Made by a program: the position numbers and the translations under genes. The notes under the pieces are model-generated. The model saw only the letters and a list, made by a program, of their open reading frames with translations, did no database searches and had not been told where the DNA came from. Below are positions 63,510 to 64,000 of a stretch of DNA of 64,000 bases, in pieces (the first letter of the stretch is position 1; each line of letters starts with the position of its first letter). Source of the stretch: Nymphaea colorata (taxonomy: Eukaryota); contig NC_045138.2 of the NCBI RefSeq assembly GCF_008831285.2, positions 15,190,001-15,254,000 on the forward strand. Direction: 5' to 3'.

Positions 63510-64000
63510 CAATTATCAGGCTGAGTTGGACCCACCGAGCTTTGGGCAACTTCAGAGGAGTGGGGCTTCACTACTTAGTTTTTCTAACTCTTAGGAATAT
63601 AGACGCAAAGCTTAGGGAGGGCTATGACCTTATCGATCCACACTTATCATTTTCCTAATTCTTGAAGATGATGGTTCTTGATGGATGTTTTATACTTCAG
63701 CTATCATATACAGTTGACTTAACCCGGCCCTATGATCATGTGTTTAGCTCCAATGGTATTTCCTTACTCTTTTCTGCAATTATATATATTGATGATTGAA
63801 AATCACATTCAATTGATTGTGTTAAAGAAGCTGATGAGTGATGAAGAAAGAAGACAGATCAATGATGATACGCATTTGAATCAAATGGTATGCAATTTTA
63901 TGAGATCCAACATCAATTTCTATTTGAAGGACCCAGTCTGTAAACATCAGGAAAAATATAATATTCGAAAGCACATTCTACGGACAAGCATGGCCTGCAG

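Overview
AT-rich, intron-containing flowering-plant nuclear DNA; the species cannot be determined from the sequence. I traced the gene models by hand exon by exon, using GT/AG sites and frame continuity. In order: (1) a tandem pair of NIMA-related kinases of the Arabidopsis NEK6/IBO1 (UniProt 'Nek5') clade, 14 coding exons each, about 955 and 1345 aa; (2) a convergent clock pseudo-response regulator of the PRR5/9/95 type, 8 exons, with two evening elements upstream and a truncated Ty3/gypsy chromovirus in intron 6; (3) an intronless NDR1/HIN1-like (LEA_2) gene; (4) a 12-exon EXO70A gene; (5) three more NDR1/HIN1-like genes, the middle one broken by a single nonsense codon. Several degenerate MITE-like elements and many local tandem duplications are also present. 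The most unusual object is the second NEK paralogue. It keeps an intact kinase domain and C-terminal motif, but its tail has grown about 390 aa through an old 102/104-aa duplication and a young 5 x 73-aa (219-bp) array with an A-B-A-B-A pattern. I see no evidence of a wholly new multi-gene system.
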